DNA of 64,000 nt from contig JBFLWA010000008.1 in NCBI GenBank assembly GCA_040758135.1, forward strand, positions 29,226 to 93,225. The letters run 5' to 3'. The translations under genes were made by a program, and so were the position numbers. Each line of letters starts with the position of its first letter. Positions within the stretch are counted from its first letter, which is position 1. This document shows positions 29,701 to 38,843 of this stretch, piece after piece. The stretch comes from Bacillota bacterium (lineage in GTDB: Bacteria; Bacillota; Sulfobacillia; JBFLWA01). Below the pieces are notes generated by a model. That model saw only the letters and a list, made by a program, of their open reading frames with translations, searched no databases and was not told the origin of the DNA.

Positions 29701-29843
29701 AGGACGGCTCCGCAGAGATTGTCGTGGTCGGTGAGGGTTAGGGCACTCATCCCTAATTGAGCCGCGCGTGCCACCAGTTCCCTCAGGGCGGTGGCCCCGT
29801 CCAGGAAGGAAAAGGGAGAATGCAGGTGGAGATGAGTGAACAT
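26736..29843 (-). CDS. dnaE2: Error-prone DNA polymerase (DnaE2/ImuC-type Pol III alpha paralogue)
   Basis: PHP domain HLHLHSPFSFLDGA. 1035 aa is the DnaE2 size class, versus ~1150+ for the replicative DnaE. A LexA box is present upstream. Confidence 0.7.
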   Translation of the reverse strand: MFTHLHLHSPFSFLDGATALRELVARAAQLGMSALTLTDHDNLCGAVLFQRLALEAGIRPIQGAEVTMEGGYHLTLLATGPAGYSNLCRLLTAAHLGNARGEPRVKAETLRKHAAGLIVLSGCRRGEIPSCLLRGDRAAARRAAVALRETFGPDSFFLELEGTMLPGTRRLNGELAGLARELGIGVVGTGNVHYGRKDEFFLHDLLTCVRTLTKLDQVHPARRLNAENYLRSPVEMAEVFREYPEAVANTQRIAERCQPAFDAAARRYPLFDALPPGQSAREFLRELVYTGAGQRYGRVDRRIRERLDHELEIIFRLGYEDYFLLVWDVVRYAREQGIRYAGRGSAADSVVAYCLYITEVDAIARRLLFERFMSLERAQKPDIDIDFDARFRDKVTAYVYERYSPDRVATVCTYNTFHGRSALRDFGKAMDFPTEEIDRIAKRLPYYLADDLEKALEVIPELREARIPAARYEQLFRACAAATGFPRHLGTHLGGVVISRDPLTEVTPLQMAAKGVVVTQFDKEYVEELGLIKLDLLSLRTLSAVEETVKKIGREQPGFDYDRISLDDQPTYRMLNRGETIGVFQLESPAQRALQSRLEASEFEDVVASVALIRPGPIKGNMVEPFIARRQGREPITYLHPKLEPILKKTYGVVLFQEQVIEIATVIAGFTPGEADRLRRVMTHARSRREMDEIGCFFIEKAVANGIAYEVAETIFSYIVGYASYGFCEAHAAAFGSTAFKTAYLVKHYPAYFYAAILSQQPMGYYPAHTICTEARRRGITVLPLDINRSARTWTVEEKGRVIRVSLSQVRGISGEQVERIERGREEGAYRSLPQFLRSTGIDREVAENLILGGAFDAICPNRRALVWSLDEAVRWARLAQADGLWSGEDEPRVEAGAVPDFPPRERFIREYGVLELTPGKHFMDFFRAGLKRKGYWDSRGIRGAENGEEVKVAGLVVRPHRPPTKSGKTIVFLSLEDEHGLIDVTVFEAIYQKYGQFIFGESRPLCVRGKVDRRGRGVSVIAEEIAPMVAKDSE

Positions 29844-29864
29844 ACAGTTACAGAACCCCTTATA

Positions 29865-29878
29865 CGAACAAGTGTTCG
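29865..29878 (-). promoter_or_regulatory. Cheo-type LexA (SOS) box upstream of dnaE2
   Basis: CGAACAAGTGTTCG is a perfect match to CGAACRNRYGTTCG. It sits 22 nt upstream of the ATG and is flanked by a plausible TTGTGT-N17-TATCAT promoter. Confidence 0.6.
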
Positions 29879-30097
29879 CTCACCTATTATGATACGATTT
29901 TCTCCCCACAAACACAACTGGGTTCCGCTGCCATCAACCACAATAAGCGTAACGGTTGACCGACCAAGGCTGGAATGCACCCCCGCTAAGGCCGACCAAT
30001 AAAATAAACAGGCTAGTGTCGATCGCTGTTGACATATAACTGAATTTCCCTTACCCTTGGACTTGTGTTGGAGATTTCGACTGTCTGGAGGGGGAGC

Positions 30098-31621
30098 ATG
30101 CGGGAGTTCAAGAGCCGGATTACGGCCGAAGAGATCATCGTCAATCCATCCGTCGAGGAACTGCGGGCCCTGGCCCGCAGCGATGAGCGCACCACCCAGT
30201 ATGGTTCAGCCAGCTATGTGTCGAAAGTACGCAACCGAAGTGCCAAGAACACCTTTGTTGTACCCAACGGTATTGCCCTCGGGGTCAGCCAGGCTCCCAT
30301 TACCCAAGAGAAAGCCAACCAGACAGCGGAAGCCGTCCTGGCCTACCTTGCCGACAAGCGCCTGATCCAGCTGGATAAGACCATGGGTCAGGGAGACCGG
30401 ACCTACGCCTGCCGCCTGTATGTCACCACCGATTACGCCCGCCTTGCCCACATGTGGAACAACATGCTCTTCCCCGGCTCTCCACAGCGCGATCCCGATT
30501 TTGTCAGCCTCTATGTCCCGGAATGGCCCGAGCGCCTTATCTTCGTCGATCCGGAAGCCGGGATCACCTTCATCCTGGGCACCGATTACTTCGGCGAGGC
30601 CAAGAAGTCATTCCTCCGCATGGCCATGTACGCTGCCAAAAAGGAGGGGGCCCTGGGTCTCCATGCTGGCAGCAAGATACTGCGAATCAAAGGGGACAAC
30701 GGAATCCTCAGAGATGTGGGCTTCATCATGTTCGGCCTGAGTGGTACCGGCAAGACCACCCTGACCATCCACGACCATGGGCTCACCGGCGAGGAGAAGG
30801 TGATCATTCGCCAGGATGATGTGGTGATGATCCAGCCCGATGGTTCCTGTCTGGGCACGGAGAACGGTTTCTTCATCAAGACCGAGGGGCTCGATGCGTC
30901 ACAGCGGGTACTCTACGCTGCGGCTCAGCGCCCCGAGGCCATCTTCGAGAATGTCTGGGTGGCCGAGGATGGTATTATTGACTTCAGCAATAGTCAGCTC
31001 ACCGGCAACGGGCGCGGGGTCATCCTCCGGGGCCATGTCGAGGGAACCGATGCCGAGATCGACCTGCCCAAGGCGAATAAGGTTATCTTTATCACCCGGC
31101 GTCAAGATATCATCCCACCGGTAGCCCGCCTCACTCCCGAGCAAGCCGCCGCTTATTTTATGCTGGGCGAGTCCATCGAGACCTCGGCCGGCGATCCAAC
31201 CAAGGCCGGCCAATCCAAGCGAGAGGTGGGCACTAACCCGTTCATTGTCGGCCCCGAAGCTGAGGAGGGGAACCTCTTCCTCGAGATCTTGCGGGCCAAT
31301 CCTGATATGGAGTGCTTCCTGTTGAACACCGGTACCGTCGGCCAGTCCGAGACCTCAAGTGGTCAAAAGGTGACTATCAAGGTTTCCACCGAACTAATGA
31401 AGGCCATTGCCCGGGGAGGAATCCAGTGGACGACTGATCCAGTCTGGGGCTATCAGGTGCCCGTCTCGATCCCTGGGGTTGACCTGGAGAAGTACTGCCC
31501 CGAGAGCTACTACTCTCCCAGCGAATATGCGGCCCGTTGCGATAAACTGCGTGATGAGCGCCGTCGTTGGCTGGCCCAGTTCCCGGGGTTGGCCCCGGAA
31601 GTGGCCGGGCTCTTCCAGTAG
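30098..31621 (+). CDS. pckA: Phosphoenolpyruvate carboxykinase (ATP)
   Basis: Kinase-1a motif FGLSGTGKTTL. The ATG at 30098 follows a strong RBS (GGAGGGGGAG). The longer start at 30065 is less likely. Confidence 0.8.
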   Translation: MREFKSRITAEEIIVNPSVEELRALARSDERTTQYGSASYVSKVRNRSAKNTFVVPNGIALGVSQAPITQEKANQTAEAVLAYLADKRLIQLDKTMGQGDRTYACRLYVTTDYARLAHMWNNMLFPGSPQRDPDFVSLYVPEWPERLIFVDPEAGITFILGTDYFGEAKKSFLRMAMYAAKKEGALGLHAGSKILRIKGDNGILRDVGFIMFGLSGTGKTTLTIHDHGLTGEEKVIIRQDDVVMIQPDGSCLGTENGFFIKTEGLDASQRVLYAAAQRPEAIFENVWVAEDGIIDFSNSQLTGNGRGVILRGHVEGTDAEIDLPKANKVIFITRRQDIIPPVARLTPEQAAAYFMLGESIETSAGDPTKAGQSKREVGTNPFIVGPEAEEGNLFLEILRANPDMECFLLNTGTVGQSETSSGQKVTIKVSTELMKAIARGGIQWTTDPVWGYQVPVSIPGVDLEKYCPESYYSPSEYAARCDKLRDERRRWLAQFPGLAPEVAGLFQ

Positions 31622-31680
31622 GCAAGTTTCGCCCGATTCTGGGCAAGCTATCTCCCGAGACAACACGGGAGGTGAGTGGT

Positions 31681-31941
31681 TTGGAGAGAGGCAGGATAGT
31701 CGCTGTAGCCGAGGGTCTGACCCCGGTCACTGAGGAACTGCGCAGCCGGGGTTATGAGCCAGTGCAGCTGGGAGATGACCTGTCCGCGGTGGGTGATGTG
31801 GCAGCACTAGTCATTACCGGACTCGACAGCAACATGATGGGCGTGGAGGATATCTTAACCGAGAAACCGGTGATCACCGCCCGGGGCCGGACAGCCAGGG
31901 AGGTCGCTGACGAGGTTGACTCCCGGACCGGGCGAGAGTAG
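31681..31941 (+). CDS. UPF0180 (YkuS-like) small protein
   Basis: RIVAVAEGL...VITGLDSNMMGVEDI...PVITARGRTAREV matches the YkuS family pattern. The TTG start follows a GGGAGG RBS. Confidence 0.5.
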   Translation: MERGRIVAVAEGLTPVTEELRSRGYEPVQLGDDLSAVGDVAALVITGLDSNMMGVEDILTEKPVITARGRTAREVADEVDSRTGRE

Positions 31942-32000
31942 CCGAATCGATACATTGAGGCAGCGGCTGAAACCGCTGCCTTTGCCTTTCTCTAGGGTTG

Positions 32001-33161
32001 TCAGCCAGAGGCAAACCCTGTCCTCGCATCATCCGGGTAAAGAAACCGCAGCAAGAGAGGGGTGATCAGGGTAGTCACCAGTACCATCGCTACCACCATG
32101 GGGTAGTCCTCACGCGCCAGAAGCCCGGCGTTAAGCCCGATGGTGGCGGTGATCAAGGCCACCTCGCCACGGGCCACCATCCCGACACCCACCCGCAACG
32201 ATTGGATGTAGGTGAGGCCGCCCACCCGGGCGCCCGCGAAGGAGCCCAGAGCCTTACTGAGAACCGCTACGACCGAGAACGCTGCCGAGACGGCCACCAG
32301 ACTCCAGCTCCAGGTTACATCGACCATGGCGCCTATGGAGAAAAAGAATACTGGGACAAAAACCCCGGAGGCCACCGTCTCTACCTCCTCACTGAGAGCC
32401 CGGATCCTGGCTCCCCTCAAGATCAGCCCGGCCAGGTATGCCCCGGTGATCGCCGCCACTCCCACCGCCTCAGCCCCGACCGCCATGAGAAAGCAGACCG
32501 CCAGAGACAGGAGCAACCCCTGATGCTTTGGCTGAGTCCGACGAGCCAGCCGTCGAACCAATGCCCTTCCGCCAAACCAGGCTACTGCGAAGAAGATAGC
32601 GATCTTGAGAAAAACCCAGAGGACGGTGAGAACCAGTCCATGCCCGGCCGCGCCAGAATGCGCCGCGAGAGCCAGGACCACGGTCAGAATGACGATTCCG
32701 ACCACATCATCCACTACGGCCGCGCCCAGGATGGCTGTACCTTCCGTGCTTCTAAGCTGACCGATATCCAGCAGCGTCCGAGCAGTGACGCTGACGCTGG
32801 TGGCGGTGAGGATCGTCCCCATGAAGATTGCTTTATAGTGATTGGCACCAAGAGATAGTGTCAGCCATGTTCCGGCAACAAGGGGCAGGAATACGCCCCC
32901 CAGCGCCGAGAGAAGCATAGGACCTCGGGCCCGGGAGAGCTGTTCGGGATTAGTCTCTAATCCGGCCAGGAACATGAGGATAATGACGCCGATCTCGGCC
33001 AGGGCTGAAATCCATTCAGCCGGACGGATGATCCCCAGCATTGACGGTCCCAGGATCAGGCCAATGATCATCTGCCCTACGATTCCTGGAATGTTGACGC
33101 GACGAAACAGGCGGTCAGTTATCCAAGCCACAAAAAGAATGAGTGCAAGGTTGAACAGCAC
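32001..33161 (-). CDS. Cation:proton antiporter (CPA2 family)
   Basis: N-terminal LFNLALILFVAWITDRLFRRVNIPGIVGQMIIGLILGP. GTG start at 33161 after a GGAGG RBS. Confidence 0.7.
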   Translation of the reverse strand: MLFNLALILFVAWITDRLFRRVNIPGIVGQMIIGLILGPSMLGIIRPAEWISALAEIGVIILMFLAGLETNPEQLSRARGPMLLSALGGVFLPLVAGTWLTLSLGANHYKAIFMGTILTATSVSVTARTLLDIGQLRSTEGTAILGAAVVDDVVGIVILTVVLALAAHSGAAGHGLVLTVLWVFLKIAIFFAVAWFGGRALVRRLARRTQPKHQGLLLSLAVCFLMAVGAEAVGVAAITGAYLAGLILRGARIRALSEEVETVASGVFVPVFFFSIGAMVDVTWSWSLVAVSAAFSVVAVLSKALGSFAGARVGGLTYIQSLRVGVGMVARGEVALITATIGLNAGLLAREDYPMVVAMVLVTTLITPLLLRFLYPDDARTGFASG

Positions 33162-33346
33162 CGGTTGCGCCTCCCTTGATAGCCCTGTCGCCCAGAGATT
33201 CCAGCGGTGACTGGGGCGGTCCCTGTCTAGTATCCGCACCTCGACTGTACGGTCAGCCCTCAGGCTTTGAGCCTTTCGCCACAACCCCGGTAGAAGTTGT
33301 CATCTGCCTCCACCCTGGCTCCGCAGTTGGGGCAGAAATTGGTTCG

Positions 33347-33634
33347 CTATCGGGTTCCGTCGGGCCGGGGCGATTCTGCTGCCAGTCGGCCGTCCGGGTT
33401 TAGCCCGAGCCAGCCTTCGATGGGATCCGGCTCACGGTCGGAGTCGACCACATCCACGACCGAGAAACGCTTGCGGCAGGTAGCATTGGCGAAATTGTAG
33501 ATGGCTGAGACAATACGATCGTGCTCCCTTCTCCCGATGGTGCCTCCTAGATTATACACCCGACATCTGGGTTTGTGTCTACCTAACACCTTGACGCTGG
33601 CATAGCGGAGCGCTCTGTCCATGTCACTTCTCAT
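33347..33634 (-). CDS. Hypothetical protein. A possible zinc-ribbon C-terminus lies in the adjacent frame.
   Basis: 95-aa ORF. Immediately downstream in another frame is FCPNCGARVEADDNFYRGCGERLKA*, ending at about 33264. Confidence 0.25.
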   Translation of the reverse strand: MRSDMDRALRYASVKVLGRHKPRCRVYNLGGTIGRREHDRIVSAIYNFANATCRKRFSVVDVVDSDREPDPIEGWLGLNPDGRLAAESPRPDGTR

Positions 33635-33885
33635 CCTGGTGGGATTCCGGCTGACATATCGGAGCCGGGGGCGGGCCGGTGCTGGCTGCTGGCTATCGCT
33701 CCCGCACTCAGCCTGGTTCGCTCACCGGTAGATCCGGCCGACAGGTGTAACCTCGGTATTTCTCCACCCACCCGCTTGCCCTCCCTTGCCCAGAGGTTTT
33801 TTTGCTTTCCGGACTTGACAGACACCCGGACACGAATTACTTTTTGGGTAGTTCCATAATTCCAGACTGCCAAAGGAGGTTCCCC

Positions 33886-34512
33886 ATGTCCGATCTCCGC
33901 CAAGAGGTGCATGACTTGCGTCTCTCACTGGAACGTCTCACGCGAGAAGTTGAAGAGCTCAGGCGCGAGCGACAGCCATCTCCCCCCACAGCGACGGTAG
34001 CGGTGGGTACTGAGAGCCCCTCCCTCCCCGATGAGCTGCCCGTGGACCTGACGAAGGCCAAGTCCGACCCCAATGGCCGCTTTGTCTCCATAGTCGCCTA
34101 CTGGCGCAGCGGCCAGGGGGAGATGCTGACCCACACTGAGGAGGATTGGTCCGGGCTGGCCGATGCGCCCGAGGGGATAGTGGCTCAGTTCCTGGCCCCC
34201 CTTGGGAGCGAGCAGAGGGTGGCTCTGATGAAGGTCATGGCCGATGGCGGCCTAACCTCGCGGGAACTCTCTGAGCGGACCGGCCTCTCCACTGGCCAGC
34301 TCTACCACCACCTGCGGGAGCTGGCTGCAGTCGGCTACCTTCTAACCAGGGAGCGCAATAGCTACGAACTGACCGCCCGGGGAAAGCGAGTCCTCCTGGT
34401 GGGGCTGGCCCTGGCCCAGAGCCTCGGACGCAGCCCGGTCGAGCCCAGCGGCCGGGGCCGGGTGGTAGAGGCAGCCGGTCTGGAGGATGAGAAGACCGAT
34501 GCCCGGGAGTGA
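33886..34512 (+). CDS. ArsR-family winged-helix regulator with an N-terminal coiled coil
   Basis: ATG at 33886 after an AGGAGG RBS. HTH LTSRELSERTGLSTGQLYHHLRELAAVGYL. Confidence 0.5.
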   Translation: MSDLRQEVHDLRLSLERLTREVEELRRERQPSPPTATVAVGTESPSLPDELPVDLTKAKSDPNGRFVSIVAYWRSGQGEMLTHTEEDWSGLADAPEGIVAQFLAPLGSEQRVALMKVMADGGLTSRELSERTGLSTGQLYHHLRELAAVGYLLTRERNSYELTARGKRVLLVGLALAQSLGRSPVEPSGRGRVVEAAGLEDEKTDARE

Positions 34513-35446
34513 GCATACCCAAGCCCATCGCCAGTCGGCAAGGCTGGCCGCACGCACGCTCGTGGCCTGCCACTTCCCGGTCAGCGCCGGGCAGGAGGTA
34601 CTCATCATCTTCGATGCCCAAAAGACCCTGTTCGCTCTCCATCTGAAAGAAGCGCTGGAGGCGGCTGACGCGAGCGTACACCTGGTGGATGTCACCGGGG
34701 AGCCGGCAAAGGTCAGTGAGCTCCTGCAGCAACTGGCCGACTGCCGCGCCACCGGGCTCCTGGTTCTGGCCTCCCATAGCATGTGGGTTACCGGATTGCT
34801 TCCGTGGGCAGATTTCGATGGCGGAATCCCTCGTCTGCGGATCATGTGTACACCGGCTTGGTTCGACTGCCTGCTTCCCGAGGAGAGCCTAATCCGCAAG
34901 TACAGCGCCCCGCCGGACGAGCTGGCGAGCTATACGGAGATGACCCTGAGTAATCTGCCCCGACACCGAACGGTTCGGGTGACCTCCCCCGCCGGGACTG
35001 ACCTGACACTGGTGACCCGTGAGTGGGGAGTCTCCTCCTTCAGTGAGGTCTATACCAGCCCACTGGAGGGGTCGGCCCAGGGGACCATCGTCGCTGATCT
35101 CAGCACTCACCTGGGACGAGTCTCCTGCCCCATCACTCTGGTTATTGACCAGGGCCGGTTGGCCGCTCTCCACTGCCCGGAACCGGACGACCAAGCTTAC
35201 CAAGCCTACCAAGCCGAGATGGAGCAACGCTTAGCTGCCAACCCCATCGATGTTTGCCTGGCCGAACTGGGAATCGGGCTTAACCCCTGTGCCCGGCTTA
35301 CTGGAGTTATCATGGAAGACGAGACGGTGAGAGGCACTGCCCATTTCTGCTTCGGCGACAACTCCCGGTTTGGCGGAGCCAACCGCTCCGGGTTTCATGG
35401 GGGCACGGTAGTCATCGACTCCCCTGCGCTCACGGTGGTGGAGTAA
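34499..35446 (+). CDS. M29 (aminopeptidase T/S)-like protein
   Basis: C-terminal ELGIGLNP...GTAHFCFGDN...GGANRSGFHGGTVV resembles the M29 signature. Shorter than canonical AmpS. Confidence 0.4.
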   Translation: MPGSEHTQAHRQSARLAARTLVACHFPVSAGQEVLIIFDAQKTLFALHLKEALEAADASVHLVDVTGEPAKVSELLQQLADCRATGLLVLASHSMWVTGLLPWADFDGGIPRLRIMCTPAWFDCLLPEESLIRKYSAPPDELASYTEMTLSNLPRHRTVRVTSPAGTDLTLVTREWGVSSFSEVYTSPLEGSAQGTIVADLSTHLGRVSCPITLVIDQGRLAALHCPEPDDQAYQAYQAEMEQRLAANPIDVCLAELGIGLNPCARLTGVIMEDETVRGTAHFCFGDNSRFGGANRSGFHGGTVVIDSPALTVVE

Positions 35447-35503
35447 ATCGTAACGGAGCTGGCAACCGGCCAGCTCCGTTCTAACTCTGGACAACTTGAG
35501 TCT

Positions 35504-35887
35504 TCAGACCGTCATGGCGGTCTGGTTATGGGTGACCCACTCTACCGCCTGGTCATACAGACGCTGCAGGATGGCGCGCCAAATCTCTTGCGAGACAAAA
35601 AGCCTGACCCATTTCGGCAGCAGAGGGTAGGTCTTGCTCACCACCCAATCCATTTTGGCCTTCCCTGTCTCCAGCACCAGTTCTTCGGCGAGGCGTTCGG
35701 CCTGGAGCATCAGCGAAACTGCGAAGGTCTTGGCGCTGCTGAAATCGAGTAACGCCCAAACTACGAAGCCGATAACTACGGCCAGGATCCCCCAAAATGC
35801 AGTTATCATCATATCCCTCCCCGGTGTTACTCCTCTCCCGATTATCCTATGCCCGCCAATCAGCAGCCGGGCCTGCTGGCAGGACAT
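35504..35887 (-). CDS. Small membrane-anchored hypothetical protein
   Basis: Likely starts at the internal MMITAFWGILAVVIGFVVWALL, with one TM segment then a helical domain. Confidence 0.3.
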   Translation of the reverse strand: MSCQQARLLIGGHRIIGRGVTPGRDMMITAFWGILAVVIGFVVWALLDFSSAKTFAVSLMLQAERLAEELVLETGKAKMDWVVSKTYPLLPKWVRLFVSQEIWRAILQRLYDQAVEWVTHNQTAMTV

Positions 35888-35968
35888 CTGTTGCCCCAGC
35901 CGGCCTATTGGCGGGCTGGCCAGGCTGTGTTAAACTGGAGGCGACCTTAGCCGGGGAGGTAAATCCAC

Positions 35969-37273
35969 ATGTCGACCGAGCTCAACACACCAGAAGCTAC
36001 ATCCGAGCGCTACCGCAACCTGCGCTGGAACTACAACTGCCTGCGGCTGGATGGAACCTTTTTTAACTTCGGCTCCTCCTTCATTGAGGCCAATACCATG
36101 TTTCCGACCTTTGTCAGTCTCCTGACCGACTCTCCTTTGCTGATCGGCCTGGTTAGCACAGTCCGCACTGCCGGCTACCTGCTGCCCCAATTGCTGGTGG
36201 CCGCTATTGCCCACGGGCGACCGCTCAAGAAACCAATCCTCGCGGTGGGTGGTCTGGTGAACCGCCTCTCTCTGCTCATCATCGTGCTCGCCGCCTACTT
36301 CTTGGCCAATCGCCCGACCGTAGGGCTACCCGTTTTCTTCCTGGGGTTGGTGCTCTTCTCCTTGAGTGATGGCATCGGCGGCGTCCCCTGGGTTGATATC
36401 GTCGCCCGGGCCATCCCCAACAACCGCCGGGGACGCCTCTTCGGATCAATGATGCTCTTTGGAGGATTAGGCTCCTTCACCGCCGGCTTCATCATTACCG
36501 CAATCCTGAGCCACCCCCGCCTGCCTTTTCCGGCCAACTACGCCCTGAACTTCGGTTGTGGTCTGGTTTTGCTCTCCATCTCTTATGTCTGCACTATGTT
36601 AGTGCGGGAGCCCGTCCCGGAGCGGCCCCCGACCCGCCTGGCCTTCGCCGCTTTCTTCCGCAGGTTGCCTGACCTCTGGCGGGCTAATCTGGCCTTCCGG
36701 CGCATGATCGGTATCCGGCTGGCTCTCAGCTCCTTCTACCTGGCGCTTCCCTTCTATGCCGTTTACGCCCGGACCGTGTTGGGCTTCCCGCCCAGCATTG
36801 TTGGAATCTTCGTCTCAGCACAGATGGCTGGAAGCATCCTGGGGGGTCTACTCTGGGGCTACCTGGGCGACCATCACGGTAACCGGCTGGTCATCCGTCT
36901 GGTCGGGCTGACCGCTCTCTCTACGCCACTGCTGGCCCTGGCTGCCGGTCTGGCGCTTGGCGCCCACCTCAGGTGGCTGGCCGTCGCGTTCTACCTTTTG
37001 CTTTTCGCCAGTCTGGGTGCTACTTTCAACGGTGTCTGGATGGGGTTCACCAATTACCTCATCGAGATCGTCGATGATGATAACCGCCCTACCTTCATAG
37101 GGTTGATGAATACTATGGTCGCTCCCCTGGCCTTCCTACCCATACTAGGCGGCTGGCTGGTCCGTTTCCTGAACTATCCGCAGCTGTTTGGTGTTACCGC
37201 CATTCTGGTTTTCAGTGGGTTCCTATGGGGACTGCGGCTGCCCGAGCCGAGGCACCAGACTCACCTAACCTGA
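35969..37273 (+). CDS. MFS transporter
   Basis: 434 aa, 12 predicted TM segments, GxxxD/RxGRR-like loop motifs. Confidence 0.7.
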   Translation: MSTELNTPEATSERYRNLRWNYNCLRLDGTFFNFGSSFIEANTMFPTFVSLLTDSPLLIGLVSTVRTAGYLLPQLLVAAIAHGRPLKKPILAVGGLVNRLSLLIIVLAAYFLANRPTVGLPVFFLGLVLFSLSDGIGGVPWVDIVARAIPNNRRGRLFGSMMLFGGLGSFTAGFIITAILSHPRLPFPANYALNFGCGLVLLSISYVCTMLVREPVPERPPTRLAFAAFFRRLPDLWRANLAFRRMIGIRLALSSFYLALPFYAVYARTVLGFPPSIVGIFVSAQMAGSILGGLLWGYLGDHHGNRLVIRLVGLTALSTPLLALAAGLALGAHLRWLAVAFYLLLFASLGATFNGVWMGFTNYLIEIVDDDNRPTFIGLMNTMVAPLAFLPILGGWLVRFLNYPQLFGVTAILVFSGFLWGLRLPEPRHQTHLT

Positions 37274-37309
37274 CAGATGTAAACCGGGTCGCTTCGCTCC
37301 CTGGTATCG

Positions 37310-37552
37310 TCAATCGTAAACTTTGTACAGGCGCCACTCTCCACTGGCCGCTCGCTCCAGCTCGAAGACACCCCCTTTGTCGCTGAGGACCCGATAAACC
37401 TGCCGTTCAGCGGCGCCATCCCACCATTCCCCCGTCTCCGGCCACTGGTCGAGGATTTCCCGGATCAGGTGACGGGAGCGGTAGCGGAATTCCCGGGGCA
37501 GGCCGCGCTGGTCAGTCTCCACTGATACCGGACGGTCAATAATCCGGGACAT
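37310..37552 (-). CDS. Small (80 aa) conserved-looking protein translationally coupled to imuB
   Basis: The ATG at 37552 follows AGGACGG inside the imuB 3' end, and the imuB stop lies 2 nt upstream. The sequence is W/R-rich (EWWDGAAERQVYRVLSDKGGVFELERAASGEWRLYKV). Confidence 0.45.
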   Translation of the reverse strand: MSRIIDRPVSVETDQRGLPREFRYRSRHLIREILDQWPETGEWWDGAAERQVYRVLSDKGGVFELERAASGEWRLYKVYD

Positions 37553-37553
37553 G

Positions 37554-38789
37554 TTATCCGTCCTTTCGCGGCGGTCGGAAGTCTGACCGCATGGGGTCGT
37601 AGAAACCCAGCAGTATCTCCCGGCGACTGGGAGCCAGATCACGCCCGGTAGCTACCACGGTTGCCCGGTATTTGCGCCCCAGGGTCTCGATGGTCTTCTC
37701 TAGACCAGACTGCCGCTCCCTGGCTTCCGTCGGGCCGGCGAACAAGCGCAATTGCCGCCCCAGCACCGGCCGCAGCTGGGCGGCGGTAACGGCCAGCCCA
37801 GATACGGGACGGGCGATGCGCGCCCGCTCCATGAGAACCAGCAGGGTGTGACGACAGAGTTCCGGGTTGTTCTCGGCCCGGGGCAATACCCGGCTGACGC
37901 TGACCGCTCCCCCGTCATCCTGGGTTATGGTCAAGGTCAGTTTCTGGTAGCCCAGGCGTCGCTGGCGCAGGCGTTGGTTGAGCTCCCCGGCCAGGTCGGC
38001 AAGGGCGCGCTCCAAAGCCAGGCGGGACTCCACCTCCCCGCCAAAGTTGACCCTGACCCGTTCCTCGGGGGGCGGGAAATTGACTTGCAGCGGTGAGTCG
38101 TCCCGCCCCCGGCTGTGCGCATACAGGAGAGCCCCGGCCGAACCGAAACGCCGGTATAGCTCGCCTTCGCCGATCTGGGCCAGCTGCCCAATGCGGCACA
38201 GCCCCAGCCAACGGAGTTTATTCACTAGCTCATCACCAGATAGCCAGAGGCAGTCGATGGGAAGCTGGGCCAGCAAGCGCTCTTCCTCTCCGGGAAGGGC
38301 GATCCAGAGGGCTACCCCTGATGGCAATTGCGGATGGGAGCGTCGCGGCAGGAGTCCAGCCTCAGCGGCTAGAACCAGTGCCCGGGCCACCAGACGGTTG
38401 GGAGCCAGACCGAGTTTCAGCCCGTACCCGAACTGAGGGACCAGAGAATAGGCTAGCTGGGTTATCCGCGGAAGCGGGTGGTCAGGGCCGGATAGGTCGA
38501 GGAAGGCCTGGTGCTTCCGGACCAGCTCGACCCCTGGGGTTAGCTTCAAATACAGCTCGCCGAGATCGAAGGAGCGCTTCCGGTAGTCTTCAGGATTGTA
38601 AGGCAAATGGAGGGCGGCCCGACAGACCTGGCGGGCGTGGCGAGCCGAGAGCCCGAGCTTAACCCCTGACTCCGGACTGGCATCGATGACGCTCCCGTTC
38701 TCCAGGACGACCAGAGGAGACTGCTTATCAGAAGAGGTGTGGGGCAACACATAAAAGCCTTCTAACTGCGAAAATAGAATCCACCGCAT
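37554..38789 (-). CDS. imuB: ImuB-type Y-family DNA polymerase homologue (catalytically degenerate)
   Basis: UmuC-like fold motifs (PLVVLENGSVIDASPESGVKLGLSARHARQ) but lacking the DxD carboxylates (SQLEGFY in their place). The start at 38789 is set by the promoter and LexA box positions. The ORF-track start at 38906 would include the operator. Confidence 0.7.
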   Translation of the reverse strand: MRWILFSQLEGFYVLPHTSSDKQSPLVVLENGSVIDASPESGVKLGLSARHARQVCRAALHLPYNPEDYRKRSFDLGELYLKLTPGVELVRKHQAFLDLSGPDHPLPRITQLAYSLVPQFGYGLKLGLAPNRLVARALVLAAEAGLLPRRSHPQLPSGVALWIALPGEEERLLAQLPIDCLWLSGDELVNKLRWLGLCRIGQLAQIGEGELYRRFGSAGALLYAHSRGRDDSPLQVNFPPPEERVRVNFGGEVESRLALERALADLAGELNQRLRQRRLGYQKLTLTITQDDGGAVSVSRVLPRAENNPELCRHTLLVLMERARIARPVSGLAVTAAQLRPVLGRQLRLFAGPTEARERQSGLEKTIETLGRKYRATVVATGRDLAPSRREILLGFYDPMRSDFRPPRKDG

Positions 38790-38811
38790 ACCAATCAGCT
38801 CACTCAAAGAT

Positions 38812-38843
38812 AGTCTCACCCGAACATTTGTTCGGGTGAGACT
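38812..38843 (-). promoter_or_regulatory. LexA (Cheo) box within a perfect 15-bp inverted repeat upstream of imuB
   Basis: AGTCTCACCCGAACA TT TGTTCGGGTGAGACT. The core CGAACAAATGTTCG on the coding strand matches CGAACRNRYGTTCG. Confidence 0.65.

Noticed and set aside
30065-30097. Longer pckA start (MLEISTVWRGS…)
   Set aside because: The ATG at 30098 is preceded by a strong GGAGGGGGAG RBS. The upstream extension has none.
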